A DNA stretch of 61,533 bases, the filler included, from Corallochytrium limacisporum Hawaii (lineage: Eukaryota > Protista > Pluriformea), in assembly GCA_002811645.1 (NCBI GenBank). It is 3 parts of 3 records of this genome, joined end to end, with 100 filler letters (N's around TTAATTAATTAA, not from the genome) between each part and the next. Parts side by side here need not be neighbours in the genome. Positions count along the whole stretch, not along the records: positions 30,009 to 59,846 come from PDIP01000108.1; 2 more parts are not named here. One strand, given 5' to 3'. The notes under the pieces are model-generated. The model searched no databases and was not told where the DNA came from. It worked only from the letters and a program-made list of their open reading frames with translations. Positions 44,037 to 54,148 of this stretch are shown in pieces. The position numbers were made by a program, and so were the translations under genes. Every line of letters begins with the position of its first letter. The stretch's first letter is position 1.

Positions 44037-45518
44037 TCACACTATGCTCTTTCCCCCAAGCCCGAGTGCGTTGACTCGCTTCCTCCGTTCCTTGGCTTGC
44101 ATAATATTATAGAGATCAGTGGTACTCAGCTTCACACTGTTGATGGTCTTGAACAGTTCTTCCGCATCGGTACCTTCCGGCAATCTTGCTAGGTGTGGCA
44201 AGGCCTCGTCAAAGCCGTGCGCTTCACGAATTCTGTCAGCACTGAAGCTCACCAGTCCAACTGCGACACGGAAAAGGAATCCTTCGCCCTCCAGCATGTA
44301 TATGTCCCAAATGCGGGAAGATAGGTCAATATTCAAAGACTTGCTGTACAGAGTCATGAACCAGTCAATCACAAACATATCAGCTCGCAGGCCAATCTCA
44401 CTCATGTGTCTGGCCAACTCGCTGTTATGGTTGGCAAGGATGATGTCAAAACAGTCAATGTAGTCGTCGAGCTTCTCTCGACTCAACGTGTAAACGTCTC
44501 TCAGCACAGGTCGGTTGAGCATGGTTGCCATGGATCGAAACGCCTCAAATTCATCAAGACTCAACAAGAGCATGCAGGCCAAATAGCTCATTCCTTGCAC
44601 GTAGCCAACCTCGGGCTCGTAGCAACACCAAGCATTAAGGACATTTTCTAGCGACTGATGCAAAGGACCATCAGGTGCAAAGATGCGTAGCCAGCCAAAT
44701 GTCCTGGGTGTGTCAATTTCGATCAGTCCGAAATTGCGTAAAGCCTTCTTGTCTTCCGTATGACTAGATAAATCTCCGTCTTCCGCATCAGGTGCACTTA
44801 GTGCGTTTTCTGTGGCCTCCAAAGCAGCCGATATGTCGTTCTGAGGTGAAGGAGACGCGAACTGCAGAGTCTTTGCATCAATAATAACCATGCTGTCTGA
44901 ATCCCGCCTCTGTCTGCGTGGCGTGTTACCCTCAGAAGTTCCTTTGATTCTCCGGACTTGGCTTAAAATCCGCTGGTAGTCAGTCGCTTCAATCCCCAGT
45001 GGATTTCCTAAGGATTTCGTCCAAATCGTTCCCCGCGTGCGCGGAGGTAGTCCCTCCCACCACAGACGGTGCACTGCCTTGTTCTTTAGACTCATCTCCC
45101 AGTTCGGTATGACTCTCTCCTCCCACAGTTTGGCTCTCTCTGCATCTATGTGGATCCAGTCAATATCGTCCGGCTCTCTTTTCGAAGTACCCTGCCTCTT
45201 CACGAGCGCACTGTTGTAGGCCAGGGATACTCGAATATTGTTGAACCAATCAACAACGGCGTCCAGCGGACCTGCGCCAGAATTCCGTTTCACCGGCGTT
45301 GGGCTTGCCTGATCAGCAGTTCCTAAATCAGCATTTCTGGCCTGTGTCTCCGATTGTACTCGATTGTCCTCGACAGAACCAGTATTTGAGACTTTGGGAC
45401 TATCCGAGTCATCCCTGAAAATGTCCGTAATGTCTCGTGTCCGAGAAGATTCCATGCTTGCCGACCTAGGATTACTCCCGGAGCGTGGAGTCAACGACCC
45501 GTACCCACACCTCGGCAT
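44037..45518 (-). CDS. Rab-GAP TBC domain protein, TBC1D12/14-like
   Basis: LWWEGLPPRTRGTIW...LGNPLGI, IEIDTPRTF (Arg finger), GYVQGMSYL (Gln finger), IDWFMTLYSKSL..DLSSRIWD. Start at 45518 or 45455. Confidence 0.9.
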   Translation of the reverse strand: MPRCGYGSLTPRSGSNPRSASMESSRTRDITDIFRDDSDSPKVSNTGSVEDNRVQSETQARNADLGTADQASPTPVKRNSGAGPLDAVVDWFNNIRVSLAYNSALVKRQGTSKREPDDIDWIHIDAERAKLWEERVIPNWEMSLKNKAVHRLWWEGLPPRTRGTIWTKSLGNPLGIEATDYQRILSQVRRIKGTSEGNTPRRQRRDSDSMVIIDAKTLQFASPSPQNDISAALEATENALSAPDAEDGDLSSHTEDKKALRNFGLIEIDTPRTFGWLRIFAPDGPLHQSLENVLNAWCCYEPEVGYVQGMSYLACMLLLSLDEFEAFRSMATMLNRPVLRDVYTLSREKLDDYIDCFDIILANHNSELARHMSEIGLRADMFVIDWFMTLYSKSLNIDLSSRIWDIYMLEGEGFLFRVAVGLVSFSADRIREAHGFDEALPHLARLPEGTDAEELFKTINSVKLSTTDLYNIMQAKERRKRVNALGLGGKSIV

Positions 45519-46259
45519 TATATTGCATTGCACGCACACTGGTTTACATTCCGGGTCCTAGCGCATTCGTCCCATGGTCCATAAGTGTCGGATGCTTGCC
45601 ACTAGTCACCGAATCGGTTCACAGTCGCCGGCATTTCCGTTCAAATGCATGTGTAGTGTGTTCCAGGTGGGATTTTCAATTCAAATGGGTGGACGGCTCT
45701 TTGTACCCGTCGACCCCTACTTCCACCCGCTCGACCCACAGAACTATCCCACAGAATCGGTGAGATTCGGGGCTTGTGCCAGAGGAAATCAAAAACCCTT
45801 TCGAGTCGCGGGACCCACCCACTGTCACGGGGTCCTCGAAGGAGTAGTGGTAAAGGAAAAAACCGCGCCACCAACTCGAAACGGGGCCTATTTTTCGTAG
45901 AAGTGGAACCTAGGAAAATCCGGACCCACCCGTCTGGCGGGCCGCATTGTGTACGATGAACAGGCAGAATCGTCGCTATTTTTAGTTGCCGTCGAGGGGT
46001 CCACTGGTTGTTGCAGCGCCTTCGGGCCAAATTCGACCGCGAGGGCCCCTGAGTTGCAAGGCAACCAGCGGGGTATTTCTGTGTATTAATCATACAATGA
46101 AAATGTGGATACGAATACCAAAGGTTTATTCTTTGGGCAACCTTATCAAAAGAAATTGCCAATGATAGTCCAAGAATAGTGTAACTCTGTAAACCGTATG
46201 AACATGTCGTGATCGAAGATCTATAGCCTACCTAGAGACAGACACGTATTCTGAACACT

Positions 46260-49200
46260 ATGCCAGTGCCGGGCGGTAGTAGCGTCGAATCAGTCATTCA
46301 GCGCTACGGTGGCTGGATGGTTGCATTCAATCCCAGCATTAAATCATGCTTTGTAAACCTACCATTACTGGTCGTCGAAACCTGGATTGACAGCGGCGGT
46401 GCCCAGAGCTTCGATGGTGTTATGGCCTTCACAGTGACACGCCAACGGAGTTCTCGGGCAATTCCTTTGAGTTGTGCTGGAGGGATTTCATCCACCAAAG
46501 TTCGCAGTAGTGGAACAAACGATACGGCAACGGGTGGTCAAGGTACCTTGGCTTGGACCCAGAGACCGGGTAGCGAAGGTGCCTTGGACATTGGTGTCAT
46601 TGAAGTCGACCCGGTATATGCAAAGGCACTGGGTCTGGCTGATGGAGACCGAGTCAATCTGAAGTTGCTCAATACGGGAAATGTTCAGAAGGCAGCTAAA
46701 GCATTTGTGGAACCGGCCAGTGCCGATGAATGGGAAATGTTGGAGTTGAATGCGGAACGTGCAGAAATGACCATACTCCAGCAAATTCGTGTGGTTGCTG
46801 TTGGCGACACATTTCCGGTATGGTTGGGTAAAAACTCATGTGTAAGACTTAGTGTAGGACGAGTTCAAGGATTGGATGGTACAGACAAGTCATCAGGAGA
46901 CGGGGATCTGGAGAAGGGAGCCACTGTACTCCTCGGATTGGAGACCGAGCTTATTGTTGCTCCGAAGGAACGACAAGGAAGTAAGAAGGCCGAGACAAAC
47001 AAACGTAACCAGCACTTGCCTCATAGGATGACAAAGCAGCCGCTTCTTAGGTGCTGTCGATCCCGTTTTCCAATGATACAGTGTGCTATCATACAGTCCT
47101 CCGTGGCACACCAATGTGGATTTCGCAGTGGTGACATGGTCGTCGTCGAACCCGTACTCGACTATCGTGGGGTTGCCGCGGTGCCTGCAAGTGCAACTAT
47201 GGTGGGAGCTGATCCCACTGTTAATGGATCTAGCGGGACTGGTAACGGTGTCAAGCTTGGGGGAGCGAGCACTACGGAGGCCGGTACCAACGGGCCCACA
47301 GGTGCAGGCAATGCAATTGGGGCCGTGCCAGGAGCCATTCAGCCTGTGGATGCCAGTGCGATGATCATAAAGGCTGCTATTCAAGAAGGGAGCAGCGGGG
47401 CAAAAGACCAGCAACAACTAGTGAAGCTTCAGATGTCACCGGTTCGCGTCACATTGCTTGTCGTCAGCCAACTCGGAACGGAGCAAAGCACGTCTGAACC
47501 ATCACTGGAGACATCGTTCCATTCCGAAATCGGTGTCCCCGCCATCAATACTTCCGAATCGTTACCGGAGTTTTTGAATGAGGGCAGTGTTGCATTTAGC
47601 GATGATGTCTTTGCCAAGCTGGGTCTTCGCCTTGGCGTGCGTGTGCGCTTGCGTTTAGATCAGTGCTCCGTACCATTGAAGGCAGTGGCAAACGATCAGG
47701 AGAAGTCTGAAAGGAATGGCAACTCTTGGGGACAAGATCTCCCGGTTGAGCGACTAACGGTGTTCACTGAAGCTCCTAAGCGAGAACACAAGGCTTTGGT
47801 TCACGCCTTGGTGACATCAGTGAACGCAATGGATACACTTAGCGCTTGTGCAGCACGACTCCCCCTGTGTTATGTTGGAGTTCAGGGTATCTTAAATGGC
47901 CCAGATGAATCCCAAGTAAAATCAGAGGCCAAGAGTGGTCGCCAAGAGGGCATACCGCGCCATGCCATCGTTATGAATTTGGACGGTGATGGCCTAACAC
48001 CAGTGGTCCTCTGGGCTGAGGAAGCGGAGGACTTTGTTTCCGAAGAGGCTGCTAAAGCGCGTCATGAGGCATTCAAACAGGCTGTGTCAGAAGCCCAATC
48101 GAGGGCACACGGACACTCTTTGGGCACGGTGACCGCATTCTTGCCCCGCAACCTTTCGCAGGTACAAATTGAGGTGCGGTCATCCAAGGATAACAACTTG
48201 AAAGATCCCTTCGGCTTTACTGGTCTACTGAAGCAAATGCGTACCCACAGTCAGGCAATCAAGCGATTTCCAGTGCCAGCGGCAAACGGAGCGGCCAGTG
48301 TGCAGGAGATTTTAGCGCAGACAGCGCTACACAGGGCCAAACAGATGGATTCACTGCATGTCCTCCTGCAAAGAGACAATAAGGCGCTAGCTCAGCTCCA
48401 GAGCTGTCTAAGGGCAGTATTACTCGCGCAGAATAGGCCCTTCCACGGCGATGATCCCAGCAATGCAACCGGTGGCGTTGGGGGCCTGTTGATCACTGGT
48501 GGCCGTGGTAGTGGAAAGACGACGGCGGCTGAGACACTGTGTGCTGAAGTCAGTGACCGTTTCGGGTACGCTGTGATCTCTCTAAGGGGTGCACAGATTG
48601 TAGCAGAGACGAAGGCCACAACTCTGCGAAGTATTCTCAAGGCCACCTTCAATCTCATGCAGAGCCTGGAACCTGCTCTGCTGTTCATCGATGACTTGGA
48701 CCTCCTGGCACCGTCAGTGGATGGTCCACAGGGCAACCAGGACCCTTCAGCTAAAAAGGCTGTGCAGGCCCTTGAGATGCTGCGCGACGGTCTCACAGCC
48801 CTGCGCCACGGTGGTGTGCGGGTTGCATTTGTTGCCACGGCCCGCAGCACCCACCGCTTACACACAGCGGTGACCGCACAGTCGCTGCTTTTTGGAGCTG
48901 GCATTATGGAGTTGCAGCCCCCAAACGTACGCACTCGGCAAGAGCTAACTCTGGCCATTGCGGCGGATCTCGGTGTCGCTGTGGGCGGTGACCTGTCTGC
49001 AACAGGCAGCTCTGACGTCGAGGTCCAGAAGCTCTGGACCGAATATGGACGGGAAACAGAAGGTTTTGCAGCAGCTGATCTCCACGTTGCAATTGAACGG
49101 TCTCTGCGAACTTGTATCCAGGCGCATCTGGAGCACGCATCGTTCATCGGGGGCAGCAGTTGTCAGGTCCCCCCGGCACCCCCGTGCTCTATCACCGAGC

Positions 49201-50390
49201 CTGGATCATGTCTCTGTGTGAAGCATTTAGCCCAAGCAGCCAGTGAAGTCACGCCGGTGTCCCTGCGGAATTTACGGCTGGCAGAAGGTGGCGGTGTCTC
49301 GCTCTCTGATGTCGGAGGTCTTGCAGAAGTTAAGGCCAAGCTCAAGGAAGTCATTGAATGGCCACTGGTGTATTCGGACCTTTTCAGTCAGTGCCCCATG
49401 CGTCTGCAGACAGGGCTGCTTTTGTACGGTCCGCCTGGATGTGGTAAGACTATGCTCGCTTCTGCCATTGCCAAGGAATTTGGAATCAAAATGATCAGTG
49501 TGAAGGGTCCTGAGCTGCTCGACAAATACATCGGTGCAAGCGAGCAGGGTGTTCGTGATATTTTCGCAAAAGCTCAGGCTGCGAGTCCTTCAGTTCTCTT
49601 CTTTGATGAATTCGAAGCTCTCGCGCCACGCCGTGGTCACGACTCTACTGGTGTCACGGACCGCGTGGTGAATCAGTTACTGACGCAGCTTGACGGTGTG
49701 GACGGACTCAAGGGAGTTTGCGTCATGGCGGCCACCAGTAGACCGGATTTGATTGATCCTGCGCTATTACGTCCTGGTCGGCTGGACTGCTCGGTGCGGG
49801 TGCCCATGCCGAACACTGCGGAGCGAGAGAACATTCTGCGCACCGTCTCACAAAAGTTGAAGCTAGCAAACGGTATTGACTTTGCTCACCTGGCATCTGC
49901 AACCGACCTTTATAGCGGTGCAGACTTACAGGCACTGATGTTCACAGCGCAGCTCAAGAGCGTCCATGAGGTAGTAGCTGACGAAATGTCACAGATGGCC
50001 AATGGCCGTGAATCGACCACTATGTCTGGTGATGTGAACACAACTGTAGACTCTGCATATAGACATTTCCCATCGAAGGGCTTCAGCAACGGCCGTAAAC
50101 CAAACAGTCAGCTGCTCGCACAACGTATTTTGCGGAACCAGCAGGACGCTGCAGTGCGTGGCGAGGAAGACAAAACCGATCCTGGTACGGGAGACGGAAA
50201 GGATGTCGCGCCTGGTGGTAAGGCGCGTGTGTTGGTGACCATGGAGCACTGCCTGGAATCCTTGAAAGAGTCTGCGCCTTCCCTAGACGAGTCCGAGCTG
50301 CGCCGTTTAGAGGCAGTCTACTCTGCCTTCGAGGATAACGGTGCTGCCGGGGTGGCACCAAAGCCAGGGACAAGGGCCTCCCTGGCCTAG
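46260..50390 (+). CDS. PEX1: Peroxisomal AAA+ ATPase PEX1
   Basis: N-domain SCFVNLP and VEPASADEWEMLELNA...ILQQIR; D1 GGRGSGKT/FIDDLD; D2 GPPGCGKT/FFDEFE, APRRGHDSTGVTDRVVNQ; C-terminal RASLA. Confidence 0.95.
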   Translation: MPVPGGSSVESVIQRYGGWMVAFNPSIKSCFVNLPLLVVETWIDSGGAQSFDGVMAFTVTRQRSSRAIPLSCAGGISSTKVRSSGTNDTATGGQGTLAWTQRPGSEGALDIGVIEVDPVYAKALGLADGDRVNLKLLNTGNVQKAAKAFVEPASADEWEMLELNAERAEMTILQQIRVVAVGDTFPVWLGKNSCVRLSVGRVQGLDGTDKSSGDGDLEKGATVLLGLETELIVAPKERQGSKKAETNKRNQHLPHRMTKQPLLRCCRSRFPMIQCAIIQSSVAHQCGFRSGDMVVVEPVLDYRGVAAVPASATMVGADPTVNGSSGTGNGVKLGGASTTEAGTNGPTGAGNAIGAVPGAIQPVDASAMIIKAAIQEGSSGAKDQQQLVKLQMSPVRVTLLVVSQLGTEQSTSEPSLETSFHSEIGVPAINTSESLPEFLNEGSVAFSDDVFAKLGLRLGVRVRLRLDQCSVPLKAVANDQEKSERNGNSWGQDLPVERLTVFTEAPKREHKALVHALVTSVNAMDTLSACAARLPLCYVGVQGILNGPDESQVKSEAKSGRQEGIPRHAIVMNLDGDGLTPVVLWAEEAEDFVSEEAAKARHEAFKQAVSEAQSRAHGHSLGTVTAFLPRNLSQVQIEVRSSKDNNLKDPFGFTGLLKQMRTHSQAIKRFPVPAANGAASVQEILAQTALHRAKQMDSLHVLLQRDNKALAQLQSCLRAVLLAQNRPFHGDDPSNATGGVGGLLITGGRGSGKTTAAETLCAEVSDRFGYAVISLRGAQIVAETKATTLRSILKATFNLMQSLEPALLFIDDLDLLAPSVDGPQGNQDPSAKKAVQALEMLRDGLTALRHGGVRVAFVATARSTHRLHTAVTAQSLLFGAGIMELQPPNVRTRQELTLAIAADLGVAVGGDLSATGSSDVEVQKLWTEYGRETEGFAAADLHVAIERSLRTCIQAHLEHASFIGGSSCQVPPAPPCSITEPGSCLCVKHLAQAASEVTPVSLRNLRLAEGGGVSLSDVGGLAEVKAKLKEVIEWPLVYSDLFSQCPMRLQTGLLLYGPPGCGKTMLASAIAKEFGIKMISVKGPELLDKYIGASEQGVRDIFAKAQAASPSVLFFDEFEALAPRRGHDSTGVTDRVVNQLLTQLDGVDGLKGVCVMAATSRPDLIDPALLRPGRLDCSVRVPMPNTAERENILRTVSQKLKLANGIDFAHLASATDLYSGADLQALMFTAQLKSVHEVVADEMSQMANGRESTTMSGDVNTTVDSAYRHFPSKGFSNGRKPNSQLLAQRILRNQQDAAVRGEEDKTDPGTGDGKDVAPGGKARVLVTMEHCLESLKESAPSLDESELRRLEAVYSAFEDNGAAGVAPKPGTRASLA

Positions 50391-50470
50391 ATATTTTTTA
50401 CGAACACTACATGAGCCTTTAGTTACACACATTTATGATGGTATCTCTTAACGTTTGCCTCACCGGATTT

Positions 50471-53400
50471 CTACCGCAGTCCGAAGTAACCTTCCGAATT
50501 TGCAATAGCGTACTCCATCTTGTCCTTAAGTTTCTGCTTAGATGAATAGTGGAAGATGCAGAGTTGGTTAAAGCAAGTGTGACTAATGGGGAGGCGCTCG
50601 CAGTCGGTGCCGAGGTTGCTGATCTTGAAGTTCATCTCCTTCATACCACCGAGGGGCACGCGATCACTCCCAGTGCAGAACAGAAGAAACTTCTTCTTCA
50701 TGGTCGTGTCCCAGTTTAGTACAATATCCCAGAACCCTGTAATGTATGGATCAGACTCGTGGAATCCTTCGTAATCGACACCCGAGCGCAGCTCCTCAAA
50801 GTTTAGTTCGTCACTGCCGCAGACCAGTCGCTCGAGTTCCTGTGGATGGAACAGGGACAGCCCATTGCCGCCGCACACGCGATGAAATCCACGGTAGAAC
50901 GCACCAAATTGCCGATGGGTAGCCTCATTCAAGTGATAATTTACCATGAGCCTGACGTAGTCGTCTCGGTTCTTTGATGTAACAACAGTGGTACAGCCGT
51001 TCTCCATTAGTTCTACATCCTTAACCCTGCCGTCCGTATCCTTCACGCTGACTGAGAAATTCAAGTCGAAGGTTTCATCAAGATCATCCCCTTCGTAGTC
51101 GAGTAGTTGCTGAAGCCCACGTCCCAGGCTGGGTTTGCAGTCCTTCAGATCGTAAAGACTGACAGGCATGTCCAAGAGCTTCTTGAAGCAAGCCAATGGA
51201 AAGTGCAGATCAAGAATGATGGAATTATATATCGCCAAACCCATGACTATGCCCAGTAGACGGTACGTTTGTGGAGGCTTGGTGGATCTTTGATCAAACC
51301 ATACATAGCCAGATTCCTCGTCCCATTCAAACATACCATACTGTGGGTTAAACACCTCACGAACCAACAGAAGGAACCACTCCTTAGTCAGGCCGCCCAT
51401 GTCAATGCCTGGTTCATCCTCGAAGCGAATGTGTACACGCTTTTTGACGTCGTTTAGGCGTACTGCAATTTGAGTCAGAGAGTCTTCAATCAGATGCTCT
51501 CGGCGAATTACCAGTGTGAGGTAGGGATCCATCTGGACACCGTTCACAATTGTACTCATGTAGGCATCATTCGCGGCCCTTTCCATCTGACGGCGAGCAT
51601 CCACTTGGAAGATTTTCATTTTCCAGTTCATGCTCAAGGTGAACGAATGCTGGCAGAATGTGAAGCCTCTATGGCCAGACTGCCATAGATCGTAGTCACT
51701 GATCATGTCAATGTGGTCGAGAGCTTCGTTGTAGAAGTCCTCAATGGGAATGATGCGGTAGTTCTTCATGCGATTTGCGGCATTGAAGATGGCCAGCACT
51801 TTCGTCGCGGAAACCACACGCCAGTCCTGCTGCAGGATTGGGCGAGACTGACGCGACATGTGGTCAAAGAGGACATTCTGCAATAGGTTCAGAATGCGGT
51901 ACACACAATTGCGCGACCGACTCTCGTCGTAGTCCTTGATCCAAGACACAAGTGTGCGGTGAATTTCATGAGATGAGTTGGCAATGAGACCAACCAAATG
52001 GCTAAAGGTTATTAGATGCTTAGGCTTGTCCAAGATCGGACACTCCAGCATCACTAGGAACCGTCTCAGCTGATACCCGTCCTTAATCCTGGTGTCATTC
52101 ACCAGATTCTCCCTCATTGCCTCCATCATAGCCTGACCAATAAACTCCGGCAATTCGTCAAGAATAAGACGATAGCCTTCACTGACATCCTTCATGCTTA
52201 CACCACTGTCACACATGCTTACAAACGTGACATTCTGAACATCTTCCTTAAGGAATGACACAGAAAGGTAGTCCGTCGATGCAAACGTATCGCGAATACT
52301 CCGTAATAGCTTCGAGTAGTCCCTTCCTGCACAGAATTTTAGAGTCTTGATGAGGTCCACTGTCATGTGCTGATACTGCGGTGTCTTGAATCCAATTACG
52401 TTTGTAGGATCAAGCATGAGCGGATTGTGAACAATGCTCGCACAAGTATTGCAGGGGTAGGTTGGCATAGTGACCGGGAATTGTAGCTGCAGGCCACAGC
52501 AAGGACAGTTTATAGGCTTGCACACCGCCTGCTGCATTGTCATTGGAAAATAGCTCTGTGTCATGGGTGCACCAGGGCACACCATTTGAGGCGATGCCAT
52601 TAACATGCATGTCGGAGACTCCGTATTCAGCATGGACGACTTGCTCTGAACATCAGCAGCTTTGGATACCACTCCCAGGGATGGCATACTTGCCATCTGT
52701 CCAAACTGCCAGTAGGGCATCGCCATGCCGGTCACGCTCCCGAATCGCTGTTGCTGACTGAGTGCTGTCATCGCTGCCCACTGTAGGGACTTGCTCAGAT
52801 CCGGAGAGTAACAGAATGGACAAATGATGGGACCCATTGGTTCGACCATGCCCACTGATTTCGGGAGTGAATACGGTTGATTGCAATTACCGCAGTGATA
52901 AACAACCCGCTTCTCATCATCTGTTGATGATACCTCGCTATCACTGGTGGCTGGTCGGCCATAAATGACACCATTAAGCGACAATGTCGGTCGTCCCTTG
53001 TCTGTACCTGAGGCACGCTGCCGTAACTGCTCCATAGCCTGCATCATTTGAGAGTGTAAGGTCATGGACTTCATGAAGGACATGCTACCGCGACTAGCAA
53101 TAATGCGTGGATGTTTGCGTGGTGGGCCTTGTGCATTCCCGCACTTACGTTTTCGATTATTAAGTCGACTGGAGGGCCCTTCCGCGGTTGATACACTGCT
53201 TGTCGAGACAGGTGATTTGAACGGCGTTGTGGGGTCAGGAAGATTCCCTTGTTTGAGATTCTGTGTTTGCTCTTGGCGTGATGGGAATTGCTGTTGCTGC
53301 ATCCGTTGACGCTGAGGATCTGGGTTTGGTACTGATGTGGACGGCCTCTGCGGATTTGGTTGTCCTGGTTCTTGAATCGTTGGCCTTAAGGATACCGTTT

Positions 53401-54148
53401 CCCCTCGAAGCACCGACTGCAAGTGCTCTGCAGCAGTGACTTTCTGCTGGCCCTTGATCTGATCCGATGGCTCCAAAGGCTCAGAGCTGACCATGCGTTG
53501 TGTACCAGCACGGGCAGCGGTTGGCTCTTGTTCCACTGGAACGGAAGAGGCAGCGGCCTTGTTCCTAGGACCCTCCACGCATACGTTTCTTGTCGACACT
53601 TCTTTCCCCTTTGCGCCATCCGACTGCGGGCAATGTTGCTGCTGTGAGTCCCGCTGCTGCCAGGATGATGCTGGCGGAGGATGAGGTCCGGGAGTGGAAG
53701 TGGCTGCCGTGACGCTTGATGTGCCCGCCCCTGCATTTTTGGATGTTTCTGGCACGTCTTCCGATTCTTGCAGCTTCTGCAGCTGTGCCATCAAGTTTTT
53801 GCCAGTCGAATTGGTGGAAACGTCTACGTTCGCCACAAAGCTGGGCATTGCAAAGACATTGATTGTCTCGTTCACTGCGGCAGGTGTCTGGTAACCCGTT
53901 GGTCGGACCGCCCGCGGTCTCACTGCCGTAAGCAAGGTATCCAGGTCTCTGCCTTGCAACGATGTCTCCATTGGTAGCACTTGTGGGGAAGGTTCCAGTT
54001 TCGGTGACCCAGATCCGTTGGACGGTACGCACCGTTGCGATACACGGCGCACTCCGTTAGGACTCGATTGCCCGTGTTGTGTTCGGTCTATCGCTGCCGA
54101 AGGGTCAGAGTGCAATGAAGAGAACTGTTCTGATTCTGCGTCACTCAT
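50471..54148 (-). CDS. HECT E3 ubiquitin ligase, HECTD2/Hul4-like
   Basis: C-terminal HECT domain (EPGIDMGGLTKEWFLLL, GLAIYNS, FCTGSDRVP, LPISHTCFNQL with catalytic Cys). Upstream CPCC...CNTC and CGNC...CPFC zinc-finger-like motifs; long disordered N-terminus. Confidence 0.9.
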   Translation of the reverse strand: MSDAESEQFSSLHSDPSAAIDRTQHGQSSPNGVRRVSQRCVPSNGSGSPKLEPSPQVLPMETSLQGRDLDTLLTAVRPRAVRPTGYQTPAAVNETINVFAMPSFVANVDVSTNSTGKNLMAQLQKLQESEDVPETSKNAGAGTSSVTAATSTPGPHPPPASSWQQRDSQQQHCPQSDGAKGKEVSTRNVCVEGPRNKAAASSVPVEQEPTAARAGTQRMVSSEPLEPSDQIKGQQKVTAAEHLQSVLRGETVSLRPTIQEPGQPNPQRPSTSVPNPDPQRQRMQQQQFPSRQEQTQNLKQGNLPDPTTPFKSPVSTSSVSTAEGPSSRLNNRKRKCGNAQGPPRKHPRIIASRGSMSFMKSMTLHSQMMQAMEQLRQRASGTDKGRPTLSLNGVIYGRPATSDSEVSSTDDEKRVVYHCGNCNQPYSLPKSVGMVEPMGPIICPFCYSPDLSKSLQWAAMTALSQQQRFGSVTGMAMPYWQFGQMASMPSLGVVSKAADVQSKSSMLNTESPTCMLMASPQMVCPGAPMTQSYFPMTMQQAVCKPINCPCCGLQLQFPVTMPTYPCNTCASIVHNPLMLDPTNVIGFKTPQYQHMTVDLIKTLKFCAGRDYSKLLRSIRDTFASTDYLSVSFLKEDVQNVTFVSMCDSGVSMKDVSEGYRLILDELPEFIGQAMMEAMRENLVNDTRIKDGYQLRRFLVMLECPILDKPKHLITFSHLVGLIANSSHEIHRTLVSWIKDYDESRSRNCVYRILNLLQNVLFDHMSRQSRPILQQDWRVVSATKVLAIFNAANRMKNYRIIPIEDFYNEALDHIDMISDYDLWQSGHRGFTFCQHSFTLSMNWKMKIFQVDARRQMERAANDAYMSTIVNGVQMDPYLTLVIRREHLIEDSLTQIAVRLNDVKKRVHIRFEDEPGIDMGGLTKEWFLLLVREVFNPQYGMFEWDEESGYVWFDQRSTKPPQTYRLLGIVMGLAIYNSIILDLHFPLACFKKLLDMPVSLYDLKDCKPSLGRGLQQLLDYEGDDLDETFDLNFSVSVKDTDGRVKDVELMENGCTTVVTSKNRDDYVRLMVNYHLNEATHRQFGAFYRGFHRVCGGNGLSLFHPQELERLVCGSDELNFEELRSGVDYEGFHESDPYITGFWDIVLNWDTTMKKKFLLFCTGSDRVPLGGMKEMNFKISNLGTDCERLPISHTCFNQLCIFHYSSKQKLKDKMEYAIANSEGYFGLR

